From Candidatus Zixiibacteriota bacterium (GTDB lineage Bacteria > Zixibacteria > MSB-5A5 > GN15 > JACZUZ01): a stretch of DNA of 64,000 nt. Location: positions 263,054-327,053 of the forward strand of contig JAJRPM010000004.1 in NCBI GenBank assembly GCA_024280775.1, in the 5' to 3' direction. Below are positions 28,069 to 37,038 of the stretch, in pieces; within the stretch, counting starts at the first letter, position 1, and each line of letters begins with the position of its first letter. The notes under the pieces are model-generated. The model did no database searches. It had not been told where the DNA came from and was given only the letters and a program-made list of their open reading frames with translations. A program made the position numbers and the translations under genes.

Positions 28069-28412
28069 TTTCTTGCTTTACATCCATTGCGACACCGTCA
28101 GCTCTGATACAAATCCCATGGCTAACGCTCCAATAAGTTATGTGAAGCCAGACCCTATGTCCAATTTGAAAGGGTGGTTATTTCACTGAATAGATTCAGG
28201 CCAGTTTGGTTTCGAATTGAAACGCAATTAACCCACCCAGGAGCCCTATCGTCTCTATCAAGATTCTCCAAGTGGCGCCGACAATATTACCATACGGGGG
28301 GATTATCTGTGGGCCCAATTGGGCTCGCCTTAGTGCGCGATTCTCCCACTTATATTGGGAATATACTTAACGCAGGTTGTCTGCGAAATATCAATGACAG
28401 AAGGTATTGTCC

Positions 28413-29108
28413 ATGGCCGAGATAGTTGTTAAATATGATGACAAAGTGATTGAGAAAGTCGTAATCGATAAGCGACGAGTCTCCATCGGTCGCACCGCAG
28501 AGAACGACATCGTCCTTGAAAACCGAGGTGTATCGCGTAAGCATGCGATGATAGAGTTCAACGAAAGCGGAGCGGTGATTATCGACAATGAATCACTAAA
28601 CGGAACATTCCTAAACGACCGCCGAGTCACCGAAGAAATCATCCGCGATAATGATCAAATTACAATCGGTAAGTATCATCTATTGTTTCATAATCAAGTC
28701 GAAGAGTCTCATGAAGAGAATTCCGATTATGATGGAACAATGATTCTCAACACAAAGAAACAAAAGCAACGTCTCAGACGCGACAATCAGGACAAAGAAC
28801 TTGTTCGGCGCACCGGCTCATCGGTTTTGGTGGGTGAAGCAAACTCTGCCTTCAAAGAATACGCTCTAGAACGCGAAGTCACCACTGTCGGTAAAGCGAA
28901 ATTCGTACATATCAAGGTCAAAGGATTCCTGGTCTCAGGTATTCAGGCGAAGATAGTTCGAGAGGGCGCTGTTTTCAGCATCATCAACATCGGCCGCAAG
29001 GGAAAAACTTTGGTGAACGGTGAACCGGTTCAAAGTTCACTACTGCGCAATGGCGATTTGGTCTCTGTCGGAAAGTCAACTTTCCGCTTTGTAGAAGCCT
29101 CGAGGTGA
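28413..29108 (+). CDS. Protein with two FHA domains
   Basis: FHA 1: VSIGRTAENDIVLENRGVSRKHAMIEFNESGAVIIDNESLNGTFLNDRRV. FHA 2: TTVGKAKFVHIKV.....IQAKIVREGAVFSIINIGRKGKTLVNGEPV....LRNGDLVSVGKSTFRF. Confidence 0.85.
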   Translation: MAEIVVKYDDKVIEKVVIDKRRVSIGRTAENDIVLENRGVSRKHAMIEFNESGAVIIDNESLNGTFLNDRRVTEEIIRDNDQITIGKYHLLFHNQVEESHEENSDYDGTMILNTKKQKQRLRRDNQDKELVRRTGSSVLVGEANSAFKEYALEREVTTVGKAKFVHIKVKGFLVSGIQAKIVREGAVFSIINIGRKGKTLVNGEPVQSSLLRNGDLVSVGKSTFRFVEASR

Positions 29109-29112
29109 ACCG

Positions 29113-29841
29113 TTGAAGATAGCCTTCATTAGTGACGTGCACGCAAATGTAGAAGCGTTGCAGGTCGTCCTCGCAGATATTGATAAGCAGCATATTGACA
29201 GAATCCATTTTCTCGGTGATGCAGTCGGGTATGGATCTGAACCAAACGCCTGTGTCGAGTTAATCGCGGCGAACTGTGATATCAAATTACTCGGTAATCA
29301 CGATTATGCGGCGCTCGGTTTGGAATCTACTGCGGCTTTCAACGACGTGGCACGAGTTTCAATTGAGTGGACTTTGAAAGAACTTTCCGCCCGCTCCACA
29401 ACAGCTTTGGCTGATTTCGAAATGGAAGCAGTCGATGGAGATTTCTACATGACTCACGCCTCGCCTCGCACACCCGAATTATGGGAATACGTTCTGAACA
29501 TTGATACAGCAAGAGATCAGTTTGAACACTTTGACCAGCAGGTAGCGCTTGTTGGCCATTCACATTTACCGGCCTTTTTCTGTAAACGCTCTGACGACAC
29601 CATCTCACAGAGATATGTCAGTGAATCAGAGTTGGACCCCGATAGCAAGTACATAGTCAATGTCGGCTCAGTTGGTCAGCCTCGGGATCATGATCCTCGC
29701 GCCTGCTATGTCACCGTAGACACTGATACCAACATTATTCGCTATCATCGAGTTGAGTATGATATCTCGAAAGCAATAGCAAGAATTGAATCGCAGGGAT
29801 TGCCACAGATTCTGGGAGAGCGATTGTTAGTTGGACGGTAA
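29113..29841 (+). CDS. Metallophosphoesterase (calcineurin-like/PPP-type; candidate protein phosphatase)
   Basis: Motifs ISDVHAN, FLGDAVGYG, LLGNHDY, GHSH. TTG start 4 nt after the FHA stop, preceded by GAGGTG. Confidence 0.8.
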   Translation: MKIAFISDVHANVEALQVVLADIDKQHIDRIHFLGDAVGYGSEPNACVELIAANCDIKLLGNHDYAALGLESTAAFNDVARVSIEWTLKELSARSTTALADFEMEAVDGDFYMTHASPRTPELWEYVLNIDTARDQFEHFDQQVALVGHSHLPAFFCKRSDDTISQRYVSESELDPDSKYIVNVGSVGQPRDHDPRACYVTVDTDTNIIRYHRVEYDISKAIARIESQGLPQILGERLLVGR

Positions 29842-29932
29842 TTCGTCAAGTCATCAGTAGTTTTTCTTAAGTAGTTGTAACGACACAGTTGATAAGAACA
29901 CCAGATAGTTAGTCAAAACAGGAACTCACAAT

Positions 29933-32776
29933 ATGGAACCGGTCATCCTTGGAACACGCGGACGCTTCATCTTCTATCTCGCTTTGACAGCGCTGGTAGT
30001 TGGTGTGAAGTTCCTCTCACCTGAGTCTGTAGACAGACTTGAGTGGAAGTTCCAGGATATGCTTTATGAGTTCAAGAGCGCATCGGACGTTTCCAAAGAC
30101 GTTGTGATTGTCAACATCGATGACCTCTCTACCAGAGAGCTTGGAGCCTGGCCCTGGAAGGAAGAAGTTCTCGCGGATTTGATAGCCGCAGTTGGCGCCG
30201 CCAAACCACGATCTGTGTTGATAGATTTTTCTATCCCGGATTATGTTGGCTCTAAAGTAGCGGATTCCGGAGGAGTTGCTGACCAGCTATATTGGATGAA
30301 CAATGTGACTGTTTCTTATGATGTTGTTCCGACTGACGAAGTTGATGACACTGTAACAAATCCGAAATTCCTTTTCCGCAATGCATTAGTTACCAATAGC
30401 GATCTCGGTAGACTAGAGAAACAACAGGCGCTCCCGGTCCGCGCTGTGGCTTTGCCGAATTCTTCGATTGCCGATGCCGCCAAACGTATGGGATTCACCT
30501 ATTCGACAATTGATGAGGACCATATACTACGCTCGGAGCCGTTGGTTATGAATTATCAGGGGTATTACTATCCCTCGACTCCACTTGCCGCGGCGTCCCA
30601 TTTTCTAAAAATATTGCCGGAGAACATTATTGTTTATGGTGGCGAGGGCGTTGAACTGGGAGAGCGGGAAATACCAACCACTGAATCAGGTGAGATGAAT
30701 CTTAACTTCCCCGCCGGAGAAGGCTTTAATGTGTACTCCGCCACTGATATTCTCAATGAACGCACTGATTTCAAAAACCTCGCCAAAAAATTAGTCATAA
30801 TCACACTCGGCTCCGGTTCTCAAACCGAATTCTACAAGACGCCGGTGGCCGAAGAAACACCGCGTTACTTGCTAACTGCGATAGCTACAGACAATATCCT
30901 GCGCAAAAGTTATTTACACCGCGCGGACAGCCAACTCGGGTTATACATATTGGCGTTGGCCCTGATAGGACTAATCAGCGCTTATACACTGCAAAAAATC
31001 TCATCTCTCTATCGAGTTATAGTGGTCGCGGTGGGTATCATAGCCTTGGCGAATGTCAACTTCTTCTTGTTTGACAGTTTCAACCTCATGGCCAACTCAA
31101 TTTACGTGGCGATTCTGCTGGTTCTGTTCCTGGTCGCAGGTCCTTTGATGAGTATCGATTACAGCTTCATACCCTTCCTTCGACCGAAAATCGAAGGCGA
31201 AGAAGAAGAAGACACATCGTCTCAACGAGGTATTGAAACTCGCGCCGCAGTCGCCAACGCGATCAAGACAATGCCTCGTCCTTCAATTGTTAGAAGCCAG
31301 GCGCCGGCTCCTGCCAATTCCAAGATGAATCAAACCGTTAGCCTTGACAGTACCATGGCGTCAATGGAAGGCCAGGATCACTCTCAAACGATGGCATCCC
31401 AAACAATGGCTTCTCAAACGATGGCTTCTCAAACGATGGCTTCTCAAACGATGGCCTCTCAAACTGTCGCGCTTACTGGAGCTAATGAGGAAGCCGCTAC
31501 TCAGCACATCGTTTCAAAAGCAGGAGCCAAGGCCGAGGACAAGACAATGGCGCTCGGCAGTAGTGACATTGACGCATCAAAGACAGTCGCAAAGACTGTC
31601 GCAACAACTGTTGCTTCCTCAAGTCCTGTCACTGAATCAGCAGACAACGACTGTCATACTCCTGGAATCATAAACCCCACCGATTCCGAAAACACAGATA
31701 AGAAATCCGGCGAAGTTCAAGAAAACGAAACTGCAATGTTCGGCGACTTAACTAGCGCTGTGGTTGATGAACCTGTTGGCGAGGCTAGTGAATCTGCCAA
31801 TGCAAGTTCAGAAGAGCCGCATGATCCTAGCTCGATATCACTTGATGAAGAACCAGTGGATACAGTAGTCCCTGAAGAGGTTGTAAAACCTGCGCCAGTG
31901 ATGATTTCATCTGAGGCAAAATCAGGCGCCGGCCCCAAAGGCGATATCCAGCAACTCGGACGTTATCAGATTCATGGTGTTCTAGGCAAAGGCGCTATGG
32001 GTATGGTCTATGGCGGAATTGATCCGGCGATTAACCGTAAGGTCGCGCTCAAGACAATTCGTCTTGACTTCCTGCATGACCCAGAAGAAATGGAAGAGAT
32101 GAAAGAGCGCTTGTTCCTTGAGGCGCAGGCCGCCGGTAAATTGAACCACCCGAATATCGTCACTATCTACGATGTAGGTAGCGAAGGCTCTATGCAATAC
32201 ATAGCGATGGAATTGATTGAAGGCCAGACTCTTGAGGATATGATAAAGCGCGGCGTGAATTTCAATTTCAAGATTGTGGCCAGAATGATCTATCAAATCT
32301 GTCAGGCTCTGCAATATGCGCATGACGCAGGAATCGTACATCGGGACATCAAGCCTGCGAACCTGATGGTCTTGCCTGATTATTCGGTGAAGGTCATGGA
32401 CTTTGGAATCGCGCGTGTTGAATCATCGAGTATGACCAAGACCGGTGTTGCGATGGGCACCCCGAATTATATTTCACCAGAGCAATTGCAGGGCCAGAAA
32501 GTAGACGGACGCACTGATCTCTTTAGCCTGGGTATTGTGTTGTATGAAATGTTGGTTGGCACACGTCCGTTCAATGGTGATAATCTCACCAGCCTGATTT
32601 ACAGCATCGTCAACACCGAACCAGAAGCGCCGTCACGCTCCAACCCGCGCATCCCGCCACTGTTTGACCACATCGTCGGCAAGTCTCTCAAAAAAGACCC
32701 AGCCGAGCGCTACCAACGAGCCAGCGACATTAGCGCCGCCCTGAATGATTTCGTACAATCCTTCGCAACACGGTAG
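29933..32776 (+). CDS. CHASE2 sensor domain fused to a C-terminal Ser/Thr protein kinase
   Basis: 947 aa. N-terminal TM helix plus CHASE2 (VVIVNIDDLSTRELGAWPWKEEVLADLIAAVGAAKPRSVLIDFSIPD), then three TM helices, an acidic/Ser-Thr-rich linker of about 250 aa, then a Hanks kinase (LGKGAMGMVYGG, VALKTI, HRDIKPANLMV, DFGIAR, GTPNYISPEQ). Confidence 0.85.
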   Translation: MEPVILGTRGRFIFYLALTALVVGVKFLSPESVDRLEWKFQDMLYEFKSASDVSKDVVIVNIDDLSTRELGAWPWKEEVLADLIAAVGAAKPRSVLIDFSIPDYVGSKVADSGGVADQLYWMNNVTVSYDVVPTDEVDDTVTNPKFLFRNALVTNSDLGRLEKQQALPVRAVALPNSSIADAAKRMGFTYSTIDEDHILRSEPLVMNYQGYYYPSTPLAAASHFLKILPENIIVYGGEGVELGEREIPTTESGEMNLNFPAGEGFNVYSATDILNERTDFKNLAKKLVIITLGSGSQTEFYKTPVAEETPRYLLTAIATDNILRKSYLHRADSQLGLYILALALIGLISAYTLQKISSLYRVIVVAVGIIALANVNFFLFDSFNLMANSIYVAILLVLFLVAGPLMSIDYSFIPFLRPKIEGEEEEDTSSQRGIETRAAVANAIKTMPRPSIVRSQAPAPANSKMNQTVSLDSTMASMEGQDHSQTMASQTMASQTMASQTMASQTMASQTVALTGANEEAATQHIVSKAGAKAEDKTMALGSSDIDASKTVAKTVATTVASSSPVTESADNDCHTPGIINPTDSENTDKKSGEVQENETAMFGDLTSAVVDEPVGEASESANASSEEPHDPSSISLDEEPVDTVVPEEVVKPAPVMISSEAKSGAGPKGDIQQLGRYQIHGVLGKGAMGMVYGGIDPAINRKVALKTIRLDFLHDPEEMEEMKERLFLEAQAAGKLNHPNIVTIYDVGSEGSMQYIAMELIEGQTLEDMIKRGVNFNFKIVARMIYQICQALQYAHDAGIVHRDIKPANLMVLPDYSVKVMDFGIARVESSSMTKTGVAMGTPNYISPEQLQGQKVDGRTDLFSLGIVLYEMLVGTRPFNGDNLTSLIYSIVNTEPEAPSRSNPRIPPLFDHIVGKSLKKDPAERYQRASDISAALNDFVQSFATR
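31382..31466 (+). repeat. 15-bp coding tandem repeat, about 5.6 copies (TCTCAAACGATGGCT), encoding (SQTMA)n
   Basis: Read directly. Units begin at 31382, 31397, 31412, 31427, 31442 and 31457 (the last is partial or diverged). The protein reads QTMASQTMASQTMASQTMASQTMASQTVA. Confidence 0.95.
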
Positions 32777-33793
32777 TCACTCTTTCTCCCTAGGTGTAGT
32801 CAGATCAATCACTTCAATGAGTCCTGATTCTGAGTCCCTGTATACGATTTGATTCCTTATTGACTGTGAGGCAAGCCACTCCATTTTGCCCGGAGTGTGT
32901 GTGATTCGCGTAATACTTGAGCAACTTGAATCTGAAGTTGCTATGTCACTAGATGTTATGTCGAGACCATTATCAGTCACTATCAAGTAGACGAAAGAAC
33001 TTGTGCCCGGTATCCATCTTGCGGCAGAGGCCGGACGCACAACTCCAATAGAGTCACCTTCAATTGTATACACTCTAATCCCATAGCCATCGCTGAATAG
33101 CACAAGGTTTCCATTGGGGGAAGCCTGAGGGGATATCAAGCTTTGAGCTTTAAGAGAAGCTGTAACGTTCCGAACCGGTTCGCCGGAAGTATTGACAATC
33201 CATATGTCATCTTCCTTGGGTACACTCCACTTGCCATCAAATTGGAAATGCATTGATGAAACAGTAAACATTTCATTTTCTGGGGCATCTATTTCTGAGG
33301 CAGTTGAAAAATCAACTGATAGGAAACGAACCTCACCATTGTTGCGCTTCGCGAATAGTCGGAAATTGCCTGAGAGTGATCGAATGCCCCGAATTGTACG
33401 CTCCAACGTGAAATCTCTAGTAGAGATAAGCGAACCATCCATTGAGTAATTGTCTACTTTGCACCACGTGGCAGTATATCCCCTAAACTCTTTGATTCTC
33501 CTGATAACAGTGATTGTTGCTGAATCTGACCAATACAAGTGCGCCAAAGTCGAGATACTACATAACTCGATAAGGGATGAGTCCAGCATCCGTTGGACGA
33601 CAAGCTTTCCGCCGCGAAAATATGCGAGACGAAGACCTGAGGACGACCAGGAAGGTTGTGTCCCCGGTCCCACCACGATGACATTGGATGAACTATCGCT
33701 TGCCTCAATCTTCTGAGACCAAGATTGCTCTGGTATCAACAGCGCAATAATTGCTAATACTAGAATCCTAGAATAGGTCACAATTGGGTACAA
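32777..33793 (-). CDS. Hypothetical secreted protein (possibly PD40/TolB-like beta-propeller)
   Basis: Signal peptide ILVLAIIALLIPEQSWSQ. Weak PD40-like segments (SWSSSGLRLAYFRGGKLVV, SPNGNLVLFSDGYGIRVY). Its stop codon directly abuts the kinase stop codon. Confidence 0.5.
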   Translation of the reverse strand: MYPIVTYSRILVLAIIALLIPEQSWSQKIEASDSSSNVIVVGPGTQPSWSSSGLRLAYFRGGKLVVQRMLDSSLIELCSISTLAHLYWSDSATITVIRRIKEFRGYTATWCKVDNYSMDGSLISTRDFTLERTIRGIRSLSGNFRLFAKRNNGEVRFLSVDFSTASEIDAPENEMFTVSSMHFQFDGKWSVPKEDDIWIVNTSGEPVRNVTASLKAQSLISPQASPNGNLVLFSDGYGIRVYTIEGDSIGVVRPASAARWIPGTSSFVYLIVTDNGLDITSSDIATSDSSCSSITRITHTPGKMEWLASQSIRNQIVYRDSESGLIEVIDLTTPREKE

Positions 33794-33812
33794 CAGGAAT
33801 CCGACCTCTTAA

Positions 33813-35444
33813 CTATCCCGATTCCTTCCTAAACAAGTTCACCGTAACAGTGGCGATATCTGAATCCGGAAACTTCTTGCAGATGTTATTGTCCGGGATC
33901 AACCCAACTTCGGCCATCACCTTGTTGAACACATCAACTTCAACAATGTACTGGTCAGAGTAACCATGTGTCGCATCATAGGCAGTGGCCGCAGTGCGCC
34001 CAAGATTCTCAGCCACCAGTTTCGGATCAACAGTGTGTAACTCGATAACCAAAAGCCCGAATTTCTTTATATATGGCTCCCAGTTGGTGAGATGCTCAAG
34101 TAGTGACTCCTCTACAGCGTTGTTGTTGATTCGTTTTCCTTCAAATGCAAAGGCCCCGGTTGACTTGCTCACACGTTGCGAACCGCTACTTGAATCAGAA
34201 ACCTTCGGCTCTTTCCAAATCCTATTGTGATCAAGAAAAGTCCTGACATTCAACAGCTCTTTTAGATCAATCTTGTAGCTATCAGCTAATTCCTTGGCGA
34301 GCAAATCCGGTCGACCTATATCACCCCAAATAACTTTCGCCCAAATATCGGCCTGAATAAGATTGGCCTTGGTAATCTTCAGCGCCTCTTCGTTATAGTC
34401 CACCCCAACCAACGCCAAAGGATACTCATCCAACAACTTTCCTCGCTCGGTCTTTTGTTCAATAACACCAAAAAGATGTTGCAGAAAAGCTCCGTTGCCA
34501 CAACCCATATCCAAAATTCCTTGTGGCTGTTCGGCAATAGGTTTATTGAAAAGCTCTATGATGATTTGATCTACAACTTTGAAATATGCCGCATGAGCCC
34601 CGCCGCTCCCCCATACATTCATTTGCCGGTCAACGTGCCCTTCACTTTTTCCATCACCCGCCGCCTTGGCGGCTTTTGGGTTTCCGAAAATTAGCTCGTC
34701 CAATTTCCTCAAGGTCGGAATGTAGGAAACCGTCACACCATAAGCCGCGGAACGCCGCGCATAGAAAAGCCCCTTTTCGGTGAATCGATAGGTCCCATTA
34801 TCTTTTTCAAACCAGCCGAAATCGACAAAGAAATCCAACAACCTGCCAAAGCTTTTCGAGTCGGCATGAAACTCCTCGGGCTTGAAACTAGCCTGCATAA
34901 AATACTTGTGAAACATACCGCTCATTCCCAGATACACTGCAGTGGGACCAACAATCACTCCCTCGATATGTTTTAGTATTTGCTGAATTATTTTTGAGCC
35001 TTCTACTTCGGATGAGATAATTCCAAAGTTGTTCTTGAGCTTGAGAAAAACCTTCTCCAGGACAATGAAAGGCTCCATTTCAAATTTCCTACTGTCATAA
35101 TTAGCAGAGAATCTCAACCAGCGAACTACATCTTCATACAAATAGAACTTACTGAAAGCAGCTTCTGAATTGCCATTGACAGCATAGTGAACGCAATCCC
35201 GCTCATTGTCAATCTCTTGCTCCAACCATCCCTGAGAACACAAAACCCGCAAAGCTACATTCAAGTAGCCTTCATTGGCGCTGAACTTCTCGGTGAGTTC
35301 TGAAAGTGCGACTTCTTTGTTCTGGAGAATATAATCAGTTACTCCCTTTTCAAAAAGCGCGTACGCAGAGGGAGCCGTTACAATTCCGTCGAGATGTCTG
35401 AATAAATCAGCCCGGTAGATAGCCTGGGATTGTTTAGAAATCAT
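33813..35444 (-). CDS. Class I SAM-dependent methyltransferase with a long N-terminal winged-helix-like extension
   Basis: 543 aa. Motif I ILDMGCGNGAFLQHL, with acidic post-I LVGVDYNEEAL. The N-terminus (FRHLDGIVTAPSAYALFEKGVTDYIL..ELTEKFSANEGYLNVALRVLCSQGWLE) resembles O-methyltransferase dimerisation/wHTH domains. Confidence 0.7.
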   Translation of the reverse strand: MISKQSQAIYRADLFRHLDGIVTAPSAYALFEKGVTDYILQNKEVALSELTEKFSANEGYLNVALRVLCSQGWLEQEIDNERDCVHYAVNGNSEAAFSKFYLYEDVVRWLRFSANYDSRKFEMEPFIVLEKVFLKLKNNFGIISSEVEGSKIIQQILKHIEGVIVGPTAVYLGMSGMFHKYFMQASFKPEEFHADSKSFGRLLDFFVDFGWFEKDNGTYRFTEKGLFYARRSAAYGVTVSYIPTLRKLDELIFGNPKAAKAAGDGKSEGHVDRQMNVWGSGGAHAAYFKVVDQIIIELFNKPIAEQPQGILDMGCGNGAFLQHLFGVIEQKTERGKLLDEYPLALVGVDYNEEALKITKANLIQADIWAKVIWGDIGRPDLLAKELADSYKIDLKELLNVRTFLDHNRIWKEPKVSDSSSGSQRVSKSTGAFAFEGKRINNNAVEESLLEHLTNWEPYIKKFGLLVIELHTVDPKLVAENLGRTAATAYDATHGYSDQYIVEVDVFNKVMAEVGLIPDNNICKKFPDSDIATVTVNLFRKESG

Positions 35445-35615
35445 GTGCTAATAAATCCAATTCTGTTGTGGTTCACATTGCATCACTCAAGAGCGTCCAC
35501 CCTCCTATGCTCAGCCCCAATAAGTTAGTCTTGCAGGAACGATAGTCAAGCCCCGGATTCACTGGCGCTCCATGCGAAAGCTGGAAAAAGCAAACCTCCC
35601 TGAGAAAACCATTAG

Positions 35616-35644
35616 TTGACAGCGAATCTGACTCGTATTAGATT
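35616..35644 (+). promoter_or_regulatory. Candidate sigma70-type promoter for the 35729 OM-barrel gene
   Basis: TTGACA (35616-35621), a 17-nt spacer, then TAGATT (35639-35644), 85 nt upstream of the ATG. Pattern match only. Confidence 0.35.
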
Positions 35645-35728
35645 CCCTATTGCATTAGCAGTAAACTGACAGGGGGCACAAAACTCAACGGCCCTATTCA
35701 TTCACGAACCCCGAAACGAGTTTGGAAC

Positions 35729-36319
35729 ATGAAAACAGCTAAAAGACTAACTACGTCAATGATACCGCTTCTGGCAATCTGTGTGCTGGCGTTTAGCGCT
35801 ACCACAGCTACCACAGCCAAGGCCGACTCAAAGTTCGGTGTCGGTGTATTCGGCGGAATTAACATTCCACTAATTCAAGACGATGCCAGCTCCGGGAATC
35901 TATTCGGGGTGCGCGGAATCTACAGTCTCTCGAGCATTCAGATTCAACCCTATGCCGCGTTCAGCGCTGTTGGGGATTACAGTGTTACCAGCATTTTGGG
36001 ATCATCAACTTTCGATGGCGGTGACCTAACGGTCTTCGGACTTGACGCCACAATCGGCGGCGGTGGAACCGGATTTGGAGTTTATCTTCTCGCTGGAATC
36101 GGCAGCTACAAACTCGCTTATGACAACGGCCTCCCGCTCGATGACACACAAATCGGATATTCTGCGGGACTCGGATTTCGTCTCAATATGACTAACTCAC
36201 CTTTGGCAGTTGATGTTCGCCTTAAGGGCGCTATGGTGCGACTCGAAGGTGGAACTGGCTCACGCAAGTATTTCTTGCCTACAGTCGGTCTCTCTTACAA
36301 CTTCGGAAAGGGCAAATAA
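35729..36319 (+). CDS. Small outer-membrane beta-barrel protein (OmpA-like/OMP_b-brl type)
   Basis: Signal peptide ...TATTAKA, Gly-rich alternating strands, C-terminal ..VGLSYNFGKGK. Confidence 0.6.
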   Translation: MKTAKRLTTSMIPLLAICVLAFSATTATTAKADSKFGVGVFGGINIPLIQDDASSGNLFGVRGIYSLSSIQIQPYAAFSAVGDYSVTSILGSSTFDGGDLTVFGLDATIGGGGTGFGVYLLAGIGSYKLAYDNGLPLDDTQIGYSAGLGFRLNMTNSPLAVDVRLKGAMVRLEGGTGSRKYFLPTVGLSYNFGKGK

Positions 36320-36879
36320 TGCTAACCAATAAGAAACGCCTAAAACAACTCGGCCTCTCTGCGCTATCAGTCGCCGCGCTCAGTGGTTGCATACTGACTT
36401 CTGCCACATTCATTATTACCCTGTTGTTCGTAGGGCCATTCGCCTACAACACAACTACCAATTTTGACGCCGTCAATGTTGACCTGACAACCGAGTCTGA
36501 TTGGCAGGACAACAAGGACGATATCGAAAGAATCGAGTCAATTCGTTTTGGTGGAAGAGTTACGAATAACCTAGGTGTAGCTGATGTTGCGTCTCTCTAC
36601 ATTTCGCCGACTCAATACACATCATATTCTCAATTGATGGCCGCCACTGACGCTTACTCAGTGTTCTCTGGCATGCCTGTGCCGGCAAACGCTTCGGGAG
36701 TAACCATGACTGCCGAGCAAACCGACCCATATCTCAATAGAAAAAAAGCTGACCTGCAAAAGATTCACAATCTGATATTATTCGGTCAATTCTTCACCTA
36801 TGCCATAGGTGAGAACGCTAATTTCGACTTGCTGTTTGAGGATTGTGTATATCACATCGCATTCACCGCAGCAAAGTAG
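36319..36879 (+). CDS. Hypothetical lipoprotein
   Basis: Lipobox AALSGC. The ATG overlaps the stop of the upstream barrel gene (TAATG), suggesting translational coupling. Confidence 0.55.
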   Translation: MLTNKKRLKQLGLSALSVAALSGCILTSATFIITLLFVGPFAYNTTTNFDAVNVDLTTESDWQDNKDDIERIESIRFGGRVTNNLGVADVASLYISPTQYTSYSQLMAATDAYSVFSGMPVPANASGVTMTAEQTDPYLNRKKADLQKIHNLILFGQFFTYAIGENANFDLLFEDCVYHIAFTAAK

Positions 36880-36919
36880 CAACACAACAATTGTATATTT
36901 GCTAATTGTGTACTTCTTA

Positions 36920-36968
36920 CGTCAGGTCATGCAACGGCTTAATAGTCGTCGCTGACCTGACGTTTTTT
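36920..36968 (+). terminator. Rho-independent terminator
   Basis: CGTCAGGTCA...TGACCTGACG (10-bp stem, 23-nt loop) followed by TTTTTTG, 41 nt after the 36879 stop. Confidence 0.6.
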
Positions 36969-37038
36969 GTGGCGTCTACATGAAGAAACTGGTTTCAGAT
37001 TTATGGAAAGTTTAGAGATACTTGCTCCAGCGGCTTGC

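Noticed and set aside
28069-28406. NiCo (czcD-type) or other metal riboswitch upstream of larB, given the nickel-cofactor context.
   Set aside because: I cannot recognise the four-way-junction consensus of the NiCo class or any other known riboswitch core by eye. It is kept only as a generic structured-element observation (finding at 28172-28238).
31344-31673. ORF 31344-31673 with the repeating WLLKR motif, and ORF 61978-62211 with the VTxxL pentapeptide periodicity.
   Set aside because: Both are alternative-frame translations of the 15-bp tandem repeats described above, not genes.
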